Shown here piece by piece: positions 17,578 through 28,100 of a DNA stretch of 64,000 bases. Origin of the DNA: an uncultured Acidobacteriota bacterium. Lineage in GTDB: Bacteria > Acidobacteriota > Vicinamibacteria > Vicinamibacterales > 2-12-FULL-66-21. The translations under genes and the position numbers were made by a program. Each line of letters begins with the position of its first letter. Position 1 is the first letter of the stretch. The notes under the pieces were generated by a model that was not told the DNA's origin, ran no database searches, and worked only from the letters and a program-made list of their open reading frames with translations. The stretch spans positions 372,012 through 436,011 of the forward strand of contig CAVOHG010000009.1 of NCBI GenBank assembly GCA_963695655.1, in the 5' to 3' direction.

Positions 17578-19413
17578 TCAGGCATCGAGGGTCGCGTGGC
17601 TGCTCGGCACGTATGATGCGACCTGACGGGTAATGAGCATTTCGATTTCCATCCGGTCCCCGGAATGCGCTGCAGCCAGCAGCGCATCGAGCGGCACCGG
17701 CTCGACCGACTGGGGCTCGGCGACACGCATGATGTCGGGGTGTGCCGTTGCGCTGACAACCGCAGAATCCTCCCAGAGCCGCTCCTCCAGTTTTTCACCA
17801 GGGCGCATCCCGGTGAACACGATCGGGATCTCGTCGGGTGCGAAGCCGGACAGGGTCACGAGATCGCGCGCGAGCTGGCTGATTCTGACCGGTTCACCCA
17901 TGTTCAGCACGAACAACTCGCCACCCGAGGCCATCCCTCCCGCCTGGAGCACCAGGTGGACCGCCTCTGGGATGGTCATGAAGAAGCGCGTCATGTCGGG
18001 GTGGGTCAGGGTAATCGGCCCGCCCGCTTCGATCTGCCGCTTGAAATGCGGGACGACGCTGCCGCGGCTGCCGAGCACGTTGCCGAACCGGACGATCGCG
18101 AACGCGCGGCCGGAGCGCTGCGCCGCCTCGAGGACGATGCGCTCGGCGATGCGCTTCGACGCCCCCATCATGCTGCGCGGCTCCACCGCCTTGTCCGTCG
18201 AGACCAGCACGAAGCGCTGCGTACCGGTTGCGGTCGCCGCATCGACGACGGCACTCGTGCCGCCAATATTGTTGGTGACCGCTTCCTCGGGGTTCAGCTC
18301 CATCAACGGCACGTGCTTGTGAGCGGCGGCGTGGAACACGACCGCCGGCCGATACCGCTGGAACACCTGGAGCAGGCGGTCGCGATCGCGAACGTCGACG
18401 ATCGCAGTGGCCAGGTGCACGTCGGGAAAAGCCGTTCGAAGCTGCTGTTCGGCCTCGAAGATGCTGTTTTCGCCGTGACCGAGCAGCACCAGGAGCGACG
18501 GCCGCGCGTGTGCGACCTGGCGGCACAACTCCAGCCCGATCGACCCGCCTGCGCCGGTGACCACTACGCACCGGTCGGCCAGGTAGGTCGCAGCGCCAAT
18601 CGGGCCGATGATCTCTGGACGCCGCAGCAGGTCCGCGATATCGACCTCACGGAGCCGCTGCACACTGACTCGCCCGTCGAGCAGCTCGAACATCCCGGGC
18701 ACCGTTCTCGACGAAACTCCGGCGCCGGCACAGACCTGAGCGACAGCGCGGATCGCCGCGCCGGCGGCGCCAGGCATCGCGATAATCACTTCCTGGATCG
18801 AATACGCCTCGATCGTCCGTGCCAGGTCTTCGACCCGCCCGAGCACGCGCACCCCATAGATGCGCTTCCCCTGCTTGATTGGGTCATCGTCGAGCATGCC
18901 GATCGGTTCGAGCCCGAGGTGGTCGTTTCGCTCCAGTTCACGCAACACCGCAGTACCGGCGTCGCCGGCACCGACGATGAGTACGCTGCGCCGCGGGCCG
19001 GACCGTAACCCGCGACGCCGTCCACGGTGTTCGCTCAGCCACCTGACGCAGAAGCGCAAGCCCCCGACCAGCACCAGCGTGAGCAGCAGATCGATGAGAA
19101 TGACCGACCGCGAGAACTGGGCCAGCGAGCGGGTCGATACCGCGACTGTGATCCCGACGGCGAGCACGGCGGATGCCGAAGACACGGCCGCGGCAATGGC
19201 GACGAGATCGCGCACCGTGGCGTACGCCCAGTAGCGCCGGTACAGGCCGAACACCGAGAACACGAGGGGTTTGACGAGGATGGCGGCGACAAGGAAGGGA
19301 ACGAATTCCCGTCGGTCGCTGAAGAAGAGCCAGTCGAACCGGAGGACGAATGCTCCCAGCACCGAGAGTGCGATGAGGGGTACGTCGAGCAGAAGTACGA
19401 AGCGGTTCCTCAT
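17578..19413 (-). CDS. Membrane-bound polysaccharide biosynthesis protein CapD/PglF/WbpM type (UDP-HexNAc 4,6-dehydratase)
   Basis: ORF 17578..19413(-), 611 aa. It has four N-terminal hydrophobic helices, then VLIVGAGDAG and VVVTGAGGSIG Rossmann motifs, VSTDKAVEPRSMMGASKRIAE and FGNVLGSRGSVVPHF. There is an ATGA overlap with the upstream stop. Confidence 0.9.
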   Translation of the reverse strand: MRNRFVLLLDVPLIALSVLGAFVLRFDWLFFSDRREFVPFLVAAILVKPLVFSVFGLYRRYWAYATVRDLVAIAAAVSSASAVLAVGITVAVSTRSLAQFSRSVILIDLLLTLVLVGGLRFCVRWLSEHRGRRRGLRSGPRRSVLIVGAGDAGTAVLRELERNDHLGLEPIGMLDDDPIKQGKRIYGVRVLGRVEDLARTIEAYSIQEVIIAMPGAAGAAIRAVAQVCAGAGVSSRTVPGMFELLDGRVSVQRLREVDIADLLRRPEIIGPIGAATYLADRCVVVTGAGGSIGLELCRQVAHARPSLLVLLGHGENSIFEAEQQLRTAFPDVHLATAIVDVRDRDRLLQVFQRYRPAVVFHAAAHKHVPLMELNPEEAVTNNIGGTSAVVDAATATGTQRFVLVSTDKAVEPRSMMGASKRIAERIVLEAAQRSGRAFAIVRFGNVLGSRGSVVPHFKRQIEAGGPITLTHPDMTRFFMTIPEAVHLVLQAGGMASGGELFVLNMGEPVRISQLARDLVTLSGFAPDEIPIVFTGMRPGEKLEERLWEDSAVVSATAHPDIMRVAEPQSVEPVPLDALLAAAHSGDRMEIEMLITRQVASYVPSSHATLDA

Positions 19414-20879
19414 GCCGACGCAGGGCCGTGTGAGTGCGAACGCAGTTCCGTCGCGACGAGGCCGATCGCCCCGCAGACGAACCCCAGAAGCAGCCCCAGC
19501 GCACCGAACATAGGGAGCTTCGGCCAGACGGGCGTATCGGGGGCCACAGCCTTGTCCACGAGCTGCAGCGTCGTCGCGCTCGTCACGGCACCGAGCCGAG
19601 CCTCCTCGTATTGCATCGACAGTTCGCCGTGGATCCGGCGCGCGATGTCGACGTCCGTACGACGCCGCGCCGCTTCGAGCTGCTTCTGGTGCAGCTCGGT
19701 GATCTGACCGAGCTCGGCGCCGTCGATCTTGAGCACATCGACGAGTTCCCGCCGGCGACGCTCGAGTCCTGCGAGCTTGGTGCGGGTGGTCGCGATCTCG
19801 TACTGCAAGGTCGAGTAAACGGGATTGACGAGAGGGTTCGACGTATCCACCAACCCGGACTGGTCCGCGGGAGTGGAGAGCGCCGGGTCGCGCCTCGAGC
19901 GCGCATCCCTGTCATTCGGATCCGGGGCCGTCGAATCGGAACCACGCACACGCGTCGTCGCTTGCGTGCCGTCGTCAGCACGCGCTGTCAGCCGGCCTTC
20001 GTCCTGGCGTTCGGCCCGTTCCGCCGATGCGTCGAGCTCCCGACGCGTCGAATCCGCGTTCGCATTCGCCCGCTGGTGGCCGAGCGCCTGCTCAGCGCCG
20101 ACCAGTCGCGGCGCCGCGAGAATTGGTTCGTAGTTCTTGATTTCTGCTTCGGCAGCTCGCAGCCGAGCCTTGTCCGTCTCGATGTCGACGAGCAGCGCGA
20201 CCAGCGCACCCCGCTGTGTCAGGCGCGCGTTCGCGTCTTCCTGGGTCAACTCGACCTGCGCCTTCGCGTTGTAGCCCTCAAAGCGGTCCTCGGCGGTGCG
20301 GAGCTTGTGCTCGGCCTGGGTCAACTGGTCTTTGAGGCTGTCAGCCATGATGACGGCGCTGCCGAGATCGAGCTGTCTCTGCAAGTCGATCAACTTCGTC
20401 GCGAGCGAGTTGCACACCGACGTGGCAACCGCCGGGTCCCCGAGACGCACACGGATGCGGAGCAGATTGGTCCCGCGCACCTCGTCGACCGCGAGGGTGC
20501 GTTCGCGGAAACGCTGGGCACTCAGCCCAAAACGCGGATCGCTGAGGTTGAAGTCCGTCACGATCTGGCTTGCGAGCGCGTTGCTTTCGGCGAGGAGCCT
20601 GAAACGGGTCAGCGGAGGCGCGGCCTGCGCCTCGCGCCTCGGCGGGGTCACCATCACAAGCGCAGACGCTTCGTACTGCTTCGGGAGGACGAGCGCCGCG
20701 ATTACGCCCACCAGCAGTCCTGCGACGGCGAGCCCGAGCAGCCATCGCCAACCCTGGCGCAATCGGAGTCCCGAGCCGCCGAAGATGGACTCCGGCTCAC
20801 CGGCATCTGCGGCAAACGTACGCAGGCGTTCTGAAGGCGGTTCGGCTGATGCCGGACGCAACTGATTCCTTTCAACCAA
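19410..20879 (-). CDS. Polysaccharide chain-length determinant / GumC-like co-polymerase (no tyrosine-kinase domain)
   Basis: ORF 19410..20879(-), 489 aa. It has an N-terminal TM (WRWLLGLAVAGLLVGVIAALVLP), KQYEASALVMV, a long coiled-coil region and a C-terminal TM (LPMFGALGLLLGFVCGAIGLV). No Walker A motif is present. The TTG start is uncertain. Confidence 0.8.
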   Translation of the reverse strand: MVERNQLRPASAEPPSERLRTFAADAGEPESIFGGSGLRLRQGWRWLLGLAVAGLLVGVIAALVLPKQYEASALVMVTPPRREAQAAPPLTRFRLLAESNALASQIVTDFNLSDPRFGLSAQRFRERTLAVDEVRGTNLLRIRVRLGDPAVATSVCNSLATKLIDLQRQLDLGSAVIMADSLKDQLTQAEHKLRTAEDRFEGYNAKAQVELTQEDANARLTQRGALVALLVDIETDKARLRAAEAEIKNYEPILAAPRLVGAEQALGHQRANANADSTRRELDASAERAERQDEGRLTARADDGTQATTRVRGSDSTAPDPNDRDARSRRDPALSTPADQSGLVDTSNPLVNPVYSTLQYEIATTRTKLAGLERRRRELVDVLKIDGAELGQITELHQKQLEAARRRTDVDIARRIHGELSMQYEEARLGAVTSATTLQLVDKAVAPDTPVWPKLPMFGALGLLLGFVCGAIGLVATELRSHSHGPASA

Positions 20880-21054
20880 TCCGACTAGATCTGCTGCCGA
20901 CCCCTGACGGATGAGCCCGCCGACGTCGAGAAAGGCTTGTCATTATATCGGTGCCTCAGAAGAACGCCTAATCCCCAGCCTGTTAGCGGTGGCAGTCAGC
21001 CTCAGGCATACCGCTTGCCTCATCTGGACGCGGGATGCAGGAGGCAGGCACAAA

Positions 21055-24000
21055 ATGGTAAACGCTTTCCGTTCGACCGCAATGGCAGCGCTGGTGGTAT
21101 CACTCGCGTTGCCAACATTGGCTAGCGCGCAGGACATATTTCTCGGAAGCGGCGGGGCCGACGCGACGTACAAAGGCACACAGCCCAACGCCGCCGCCGG
21201 GCTCTCGCTGGATCAGGGCGCCGTTGGCAACGGCGACACCCGTCGCGATCTGATCGTCGGAGCGCCGGGCGGTCCGGCGATCGCCGGGGCGGTGTACGTC
21301 ATCTCTGGTGGCGCACCAAGGACGGGCGACAAACTCCTGTCTGTTGCCGATGTAAAAATCACGAGCTCGGAAGTCGGGAACCTCTTTGGATACGCGACAG
21401 CGGCAGGGCATATCCTGACTCTGGAAAGCGCCGGCGGTTCCGACAATCTGGTCGTCGGCGCTCCCCACGCGAACGGCAATGCCGGGGCGGTTTACCTCTT
21501 CACCGCCGGTTTTGCATCGGGAGCGGCTCTCACCGACGCGAGTGCGGTATTGACGATCACCGGCGCGGCGGGAGATCTGCTCGGCGCTTCGCTGGCGACG
21601 GGCGATCTCGATAACGACGGCCGGCGCGAAATCATCATCGGGGCGCCGGGGCACGGTCGGGTCTATATCATCAAGGGCGCTGCGTTCCCCAGCCACACGA
21701 CGCTGGACCTGGCGGGGGGCACGGCCGCCCCGAACCAGACGATCACCGCGGCGGGTATCGGGAATGTTGTCACCGCCGGCGACGTCACCGGCGATAACGT
21801 CTACGACCTCGTCGTTGGCGACGCCGCGCAGAACGTCGCCTTTTTATATGTGGGCACGACCGGTACGATTCCGACGGTGCCGCTCGGCTCGTTTGCCGGC
21901 GTAAGTCCCGGGGACAGCGCCGGCGCGTCGATGCGCATCCTCGACCTGGACGGAGACGGAAAAAAAGACCTGGCCATCGGCGCCCCCGGGGTGAACGGGC
22001 CAAACGGAGCGGGCTCCGGTGCCGTGTATGTCTTCCTGGGGCCGATCACCCCCGCCGCCATGAGTCTGAGTCAGGCACCCATCGTTTTCTTCGGTGAGGC
22101 AGCCAGCCGCGCCGCGGGTGCCGCGCTCGCGGCCGGCGACATCAATCGGGACGCCCTCAAGAACGATCTTGTGATTTCCGCGCCGGGAGGCGCCGGAGGC
22201 GCAGGCGAGGCCGCGATCTATTACGGCCGGAGCCGTAGTGCCATTGGAGTGCTTCAGCCCGATGGCCGGCGCTTCGTCGATATGGCCGCTTCGGGTCAGA
22301 TCAACCGCCACATTTTCGGCGACCCGGGCATTGGAGCCATTTCGTCCGTCCAGGTCTTCGAGGTCACCGGCGAAGGTGCGCGTGACGTCATCGTCGGCGT
22401 TTCGAGTGCTGAGGCCGGCGCCGGCAAACTCTTTTTCACGATTTCCCCGAAGCTGCGAGTGTCGCCGACGACGGTGTCCATGACAGTCAATCAGGGAGAT
22501 TCGACGACGTCCACAACGATCATAAACGTCACCAATCCCAGCGTCGTTGCTACGGGGTGGACAGCGGCTTTCCCAGGCAACGCCCCGGCGGATGAGCGTT
22601 GGGTTTCCGCCACGCCTTCGGCCGGGACTGCCGACCTGACCCACGCGAACACGTTTCGAGTCATCGCGTCGAGCGCCGGGCTGGCCCCGGGCGTCCACAC
22701 CGCGACGCTGGAGGTGACCTCGACGAGCCCTGATCTCACAATTACTATCCCTATTACCGTGACGCTCAACGTCACCGGCGCAACGATTGCCGTCGATACA
22801 CCCACAGAAGGCGCGACCGTCAGTAACGGGTTCTCGATTTCGGGCTGGGCGATCGACCTCGGCGCCGCAACGGGGACGGGAGTCAGCTCGGTGCAGGCGT
22901 ACGCGTACCGGGCGAGCGGTGCACCGATTTACCTCGGCACCGCGACCTACGGAGCAGCCCGGTCGGACGTGGGCTCCATCTACGGGGCCCGGTTTACCAA
23001 TTCCGGCTACTCGCTGCAGGTACACAACCTCACGCCCGGAGCCAGCTATCAGATCTCGGTCTTCGCAAAGAGCACCGTCACCAACGCGTTCGCGAGTTCG
23101 CATTCGGTCAACGTGGTGGTCGCGAGCAACAGCCCGCCTGCGACGCCCGGTCCAACGGATCCAAACCCGGCGCCGCCACCAAACCCCAACGCGCCTTCAG
23201 GCGGTGGATGCAGCGCGTCGCCAATCCCGACACGCGAGCACGCGCGTCGCGGTCAACAGGACCGGGATGTTCTTCGGCGCCACCAACAACGGGGCGCTCA
23301 AGACAGGGGCGCAACCCGCGACCGTCACGTTCTCGGGCGGCTGTGGCACCTGGACCGTCTCGTCCAACGCCACCTGGCTGGACATCACGTCCGCGTCAGG
23401 CAGCGGCGCGGGCAGCTTCAGCGTCGCGGTGAAGTCGGGTTCCTACCCGGCAGGAACCGCGCTGACGGGGACGATCACGGTAACGGCTCCGGGAGTGGCG
23501 AACTCACCGCTCACGTTCCCGGTGCAGCTGCACGCCTATGCTTCGCCGGGCGCGCCGTTCGGTACGATCGACACCCCGACCAACAACGCGACCGGGGTCG
23601 TCGGCTCGATCGGCGTTACCGGATGGGCGCTCGACGACATCGGGGTATCGCAGGTGACGATCTGGCGCGATCCGCTGCCCGGAGAGACGGCGTCGGCATC
23701 GAACGGAAAGGTGTTCATAGGCAACGCCGTACAGGTCGACGGCGCGCAGACCGGACGTCGACGCGTCGAATTCGCAGCCGTTCGATTTCCAGGCGGGCTG
23801 GGGCTACCTGATGCTGACCAACATGCTCCCGAACCAGGGGAACGGGACCTTCAACCTGTTCGCCTACGCGGATGATGTGGAAGGACACCGAACGCTGCTC
23901 GGCACCAAGACGATCACCTGCGACAACGCTCACGCGACGAAACCCTTCGGCGCCATCGACACGCCCACTCAGGGCGGAACGGTATCGGGCAGCGCGTACG

Positions 24001-24777
24001 TGAACTTTGGCTGGGCACTCACGCCTACCCCGAACACCGTCCCGTTCGACGGGTCGACAGTGATGGTGTACATCGACGGCGTGCCCGTGGGGCATCCGAC
24101 GTACAACCAGTTCCGCAGCGACATCGCCACGTTGTTCCCCGGTCGCACCAACAGCGGCGGCGCCGTCGGGTTCTTTACGATTGACACGACGACGCTGTCA
24201 AACGGAGTGCACACCATCCGTGGGGCGTCACCGACAATGCGGGTAACGCCGGAAGGGCATCGGCAGCCGCTACTTCACCGTCCTGAACAGCGCGGCGGTC
24301 TCTTCGCTCACGGTGGAACGAAGCTCGAGCGTCGAGTCAGCGATGGGACAGGCCCTGGAGGTGCGGCAATCGTCGTCCACCGGTGACGCGACCGGAGAAA
24401 GCGTAGCGTCGCTCGAATCCGTCACAGTCAGCCAGACGCCGGTTTACATGCGAACAGGGTTCGATCAATCTGCGCCGCTGAATATGGTGGACGCGGATGC
24501 CAGGGGTGCGCGGCACGTCAGCGCAGCCCAGGTGACCAGGTTCCAGCTGACGCTCGGTTCGCCGGCGCTGGGTGGCGACGAACGTTACGAGGGCTACGTC
24601 GTCGCGAACGGCGTGCTGCAGGATCTGCCGGCCGGGGCGTTTCTCGACCGAAAGGCCGGTGAGTTCTTCTGGCAGCCAGGTGTCGGATTCGCGGGTGTCT
24701 ACGACATGGTATTCGTCCGGATTTCTGGTGACACGCGGGAGAGGATCCCGGTCAAAGTACACATCACCACCCGCTGA
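21055..24777 (+). pseudogene. Secreted FG-GAP (integrin-alpha-like propeller) repeat protein with BACON-like/Ig-like domains and the shared C-terminal module; frame broken about 6 times
   Basis: ATG 21055 follows AGGAGG (21038-21043). Signal peptide: MVNAFRSTAMAALVVSLALPTLASA. FG-GAP repeats are present (DLIVGAPG..GAVYV; GDLDNDGRREIIIGAPG; LDLDGDGKKDLAIGAPG). Usable frames are ORFs 20911..23811 (to about 23200), 23208..23432, 22787..23875 (about 23246-23745), 23811..24386 (to about 24225) and 24313..24777. Confidence 0.8.
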
Positions 24778-24813
24778 TCGACGATGGGTCAGTAACTTCG
24801 ACGCTCACCGTGA

Positions 24814-24846
24814 GAAAGGGCCGCCCTGCGCGGCCCTTTCTTTTTG
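24814..24846 (+). terminator. Rho-independent terminator after the FG-GAP gene
   Basis: GAAAGGGCCG (24814-24823) pairs with CGGCCCTTTC (24831-24840) across a 7-nt loop and is followed by TTTTTG. It lies 37 nt after the stop codon. Confidence 0.85.
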
Positions 24847-25182
24847 TCGGCGGACCGTCTCCAAGACTGCACCGGAACAGCACACGGCCCGTCAGTGGGC
24901 AATCGAGGCTGTGCCCTTCTCATTGCCCCCAGCGACAAAGCTCACACAAACAGTTGAGTTAAGTCACCTGAACGACGGACATTCCGCCGTCCGCTGACAT
25001 TACCGGTTTGGTGGGTCAGCAATAAAGGTTGCGTAGACAACCAGTTAGGTCGTACAGCTTCAATTGATTCAAGCTCTGCCCTTTGGTGGTCATCTTGCGA
25101 AGGCTGAGGTGAACCTGGCCGACGGCCCACAACAGGGCGTCGTCCTGAAACACGGCACTTCGAGAGATTGCGTACCCCCAAC

Positions 25183-28100
25183 ATGGACCCATTGACCCAC
25201 GTCGCGGCCTTCCGGCGCACCCTCGTTGCCGCAGGGATCGTCCTTGCCATCCTGCTGCTGTCGCGCGGCACGGCGGGCGTCGGCGCCCAGGCGCCGGACC
25301 CGTGTGCGCCGCCCAACGGCAACCCGGTCGTCTGTGAGAACCAGCAGACTGGTGCACCGTCGAGCGAGTGGGACATCAATGGCGGTGGCGCCGGCGACGT
25401 CACAATCCAGGGGTTCTCGACTGACATCAGCGTCAATCGGGGAGATACGATCGATTTCAAGATCGACACGGATGCGACTAGCTACCAGCTCGACATCTAT
25501 CGAATGGGGTATTACGGGGGTTTTGGTGCGCGGAAAGTGGCGACCGTCACCCCCTCCGCAACGCTTCCGCAGGTGCAGCCGGCGTGTTTGAGCGACGTGA
25601 CAACCGGCCTCGTCGACTGCGGCAACTGGGCGGTGTCGGCCTCTTGGGCGGTACCGTCGACAGCCGTGTCGGGCATCTACTTCGCCAAAGTCACGCGCAT
25701 CGATACCGGCGGGGCGAGTCACATCGTCTTCGTCGTGCGTGACGACACCGGGCACTCCGACCTTCTCTTTCAGACCTCCGATACGACGTGGCAGGCCTAC
25801 AACCAGTACGGCGGCAACAGTCTGTATGCCGGCAATCCGGTGGGCCGCGCCTACAAGGTCAGCTACAACCGCCCTCTCACGGTGCGCGGAACGGCGGTAG
25901 AGGACAGCGTCTTCAACGCCGAGTACCCGATGGTGCGGTGGCTCGAAGCGAACGGCTTCAATGTGAGCTACTTCACCGGTATCGACTCGGACCGGCTTGG
26001 AGCCGAACTGCTGGAGCACAAGGCGTTCCTCTCCGTCGGTCACGACGAATACTGGTCGGGCGGCCAGCGCACCAACGTGGAAGCAGCGCGGGCGGCGGGT
26101 GTTCATCTCGCGTTCTTCAGCGGCAACGAAGTGTTCTGGAAGACCCGGTGGGAGACGAGCATCTCGAGCGGCGCGGCGCCTTACCGCACGCTGGTCTCGT
26201 ACAAGGAAACGCACGCCAACGCGAAAATCGATCCGCTTCCGACGGTGTGGACTGGCGCGTGGGAGGATCCCCGTTTCAGCCCGCCGGCCGATGGCGGACG
26301 TCCCGCCAATGCACTCACCGGCACGCTGTTCCGCGTCAATTCCGGAACGGGCGCACTGACGGTTCCGGCCGCCCAAGGCAAGTTGCGCTTCTGGCGCAAC
26401 ACGGCGGCGGCGGCGCTGGCACCAGGAACCAGCCTGTCCCTGACCGACGGCACGCTTGGGTACGAATGGGACGAGGACGTCCCGAACGCATTCCGGCCGG
26501 CCGGTCTGATCCGATTGTCAGACACCACGTTGAACTCGGTCGAGCGGCTGCAGGATTACGGGTCCACTTACGGACTGGCGACAGCAACGCACTCGCTGAC
26601 TCTCTACCGACACTCGAGCGGTGCGCTGGTCTTTGGCGCGGGAACGGTGCAGTGGTCCTGGGGACTCGACAGCAATCACGAACGCGGCTCCGCGGCGCCG
26701 AGCCTGACGATGCAGCAGGCGACGGTGAACCTGTTCGCCGACATGAGCGTCCAGCCATTGACACTCCAGGCGGGACTGATCGCGGCGTCTGAATCTACGG
26801 ACATCGTCAAACCGACATCGACGATCACATCCCCATCGAACGGGGCCGATATCCCGGCGAACACTTACATCACCATTTCCGGCACTGCGAGCGACGGCGA
26901 AGGGGGCGCCGTCGGCGGCGTCGAGGTCTCGGCGGACGGGGGCGCGACGTGGCAACGGGCGCTCGGGCGTGAGACGTGGACGTTCTCGTGGCACAGCGGT
27001 CCGAGCCGCAGCGTCAACTTGCTCAGCCGCGCGGTGGACGACGCGGGGAACCTCGAAATACCCTCGGGCGGCATCACCGTAAATGTCGGCACGGTCCCGC
27101 CGACTTGCCCATGCTCGTTGTGGTCGCCGTCTCAAGCACCCGCGGTGACGGGCGCGAATGATCCAGCTGCGATCGAGGTCGGCACACGGTTCCGTTCGGA
27201 CACCAGCGGTTACGTAACGGCGATCCGCTTTTACAAGGACCCACGAAACAGCGGCGTCCATTCGGGTCACCTGTGGAGCGACTCGGGAGTCCTGCTCTCC
27301 ACGGTGGCGTTCAGCGGCGAGACCGCCTCGGGCTGGCAGCAGGCGACGTTTGGCGCCCCTGTCGCGATCAACGCCAACACGACTTACGTGGTCTCGTATC
27401 ACACGAGCGCAGGGTTCTATTCTGCCGACAGCGGGTATTTTTCCGCCGCGGGCCTGCACAGCGGCACGTTGTACGCGCCGCGGGACACGGAATTCGGCGC
27501 CAATGGTGTCTTCCATTACGGGTCGACGGCATTTCCGAGCGATTCGTTCGCGAGTCAGAACTTCTGGGTCGACGTGGTGTTCGTCCAGTCAGTGGGTCCC
27601 GACACGACGGCACCGGTAGTCAGCGTGGTTGCGCCGGCAAACGGCGCCGCCAACGTTGCGGCTTCGGCTCAGATCTCAGGATCGTTCAGCGAAGGTCTCG
27701 ACCCGGCAACCGTCACTGGCAGCACCTTCGAGCTACGCGATGCCACCAACGCCCTGGTCCCTGCAACCGTCGGATATTTGAATGGAACCGGAACAGCCAC
27801 GCTGACGCCTCTTTCACCACTCGCCTTTTCGACCAGCTACACCGCCACTCTGCAGGGTGGAGCGGGCGGCATCACCGACACGGCAGGGAACCCGCTCGTC
27901 TCGGACTACACGTGGTCCTTTACCACGGCAGGCGTTCCGCCCCCACCGCCGACGGCGGGACCCGGAGGGCCGATCCTCATCGTCTCGAACAGCACGAATC
28001 CCTTCAGTCAGTACTACGCAGAAGTGCTCCGAGCCGAGGGTCTGAACGCGTTTGCGGCACTCGACGTTACCCAGATCACGTCCCAGATCTTGAGTTCGTA

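Noticed and set aside
2065-20834. Long plus-strand ORFs inside the operon (2065..3318, 3730..5208, 4824..5657, 15114..15860, 17665..19008, 19434..20834).
   Set aside because: All are antisense to well-supported minus-strand enzymes and have low-complexity R/G/A/P/D-rich translations. None has a start context or motif. I treat them as GC-driven shadow ORFs.
24850-25182. The lower-GC 330-bp leader upstream of the giant gene as a riboswitch or small RNA gene.
   Set aside because: It contains only small hairpins (for example GACGG..CCGTC at about 24973-24990, and TCAATTGA). I recognise no conserved riboswitch core. It is probably just the promoter and 5' UTR, and is unresolved without an Rfam scan.
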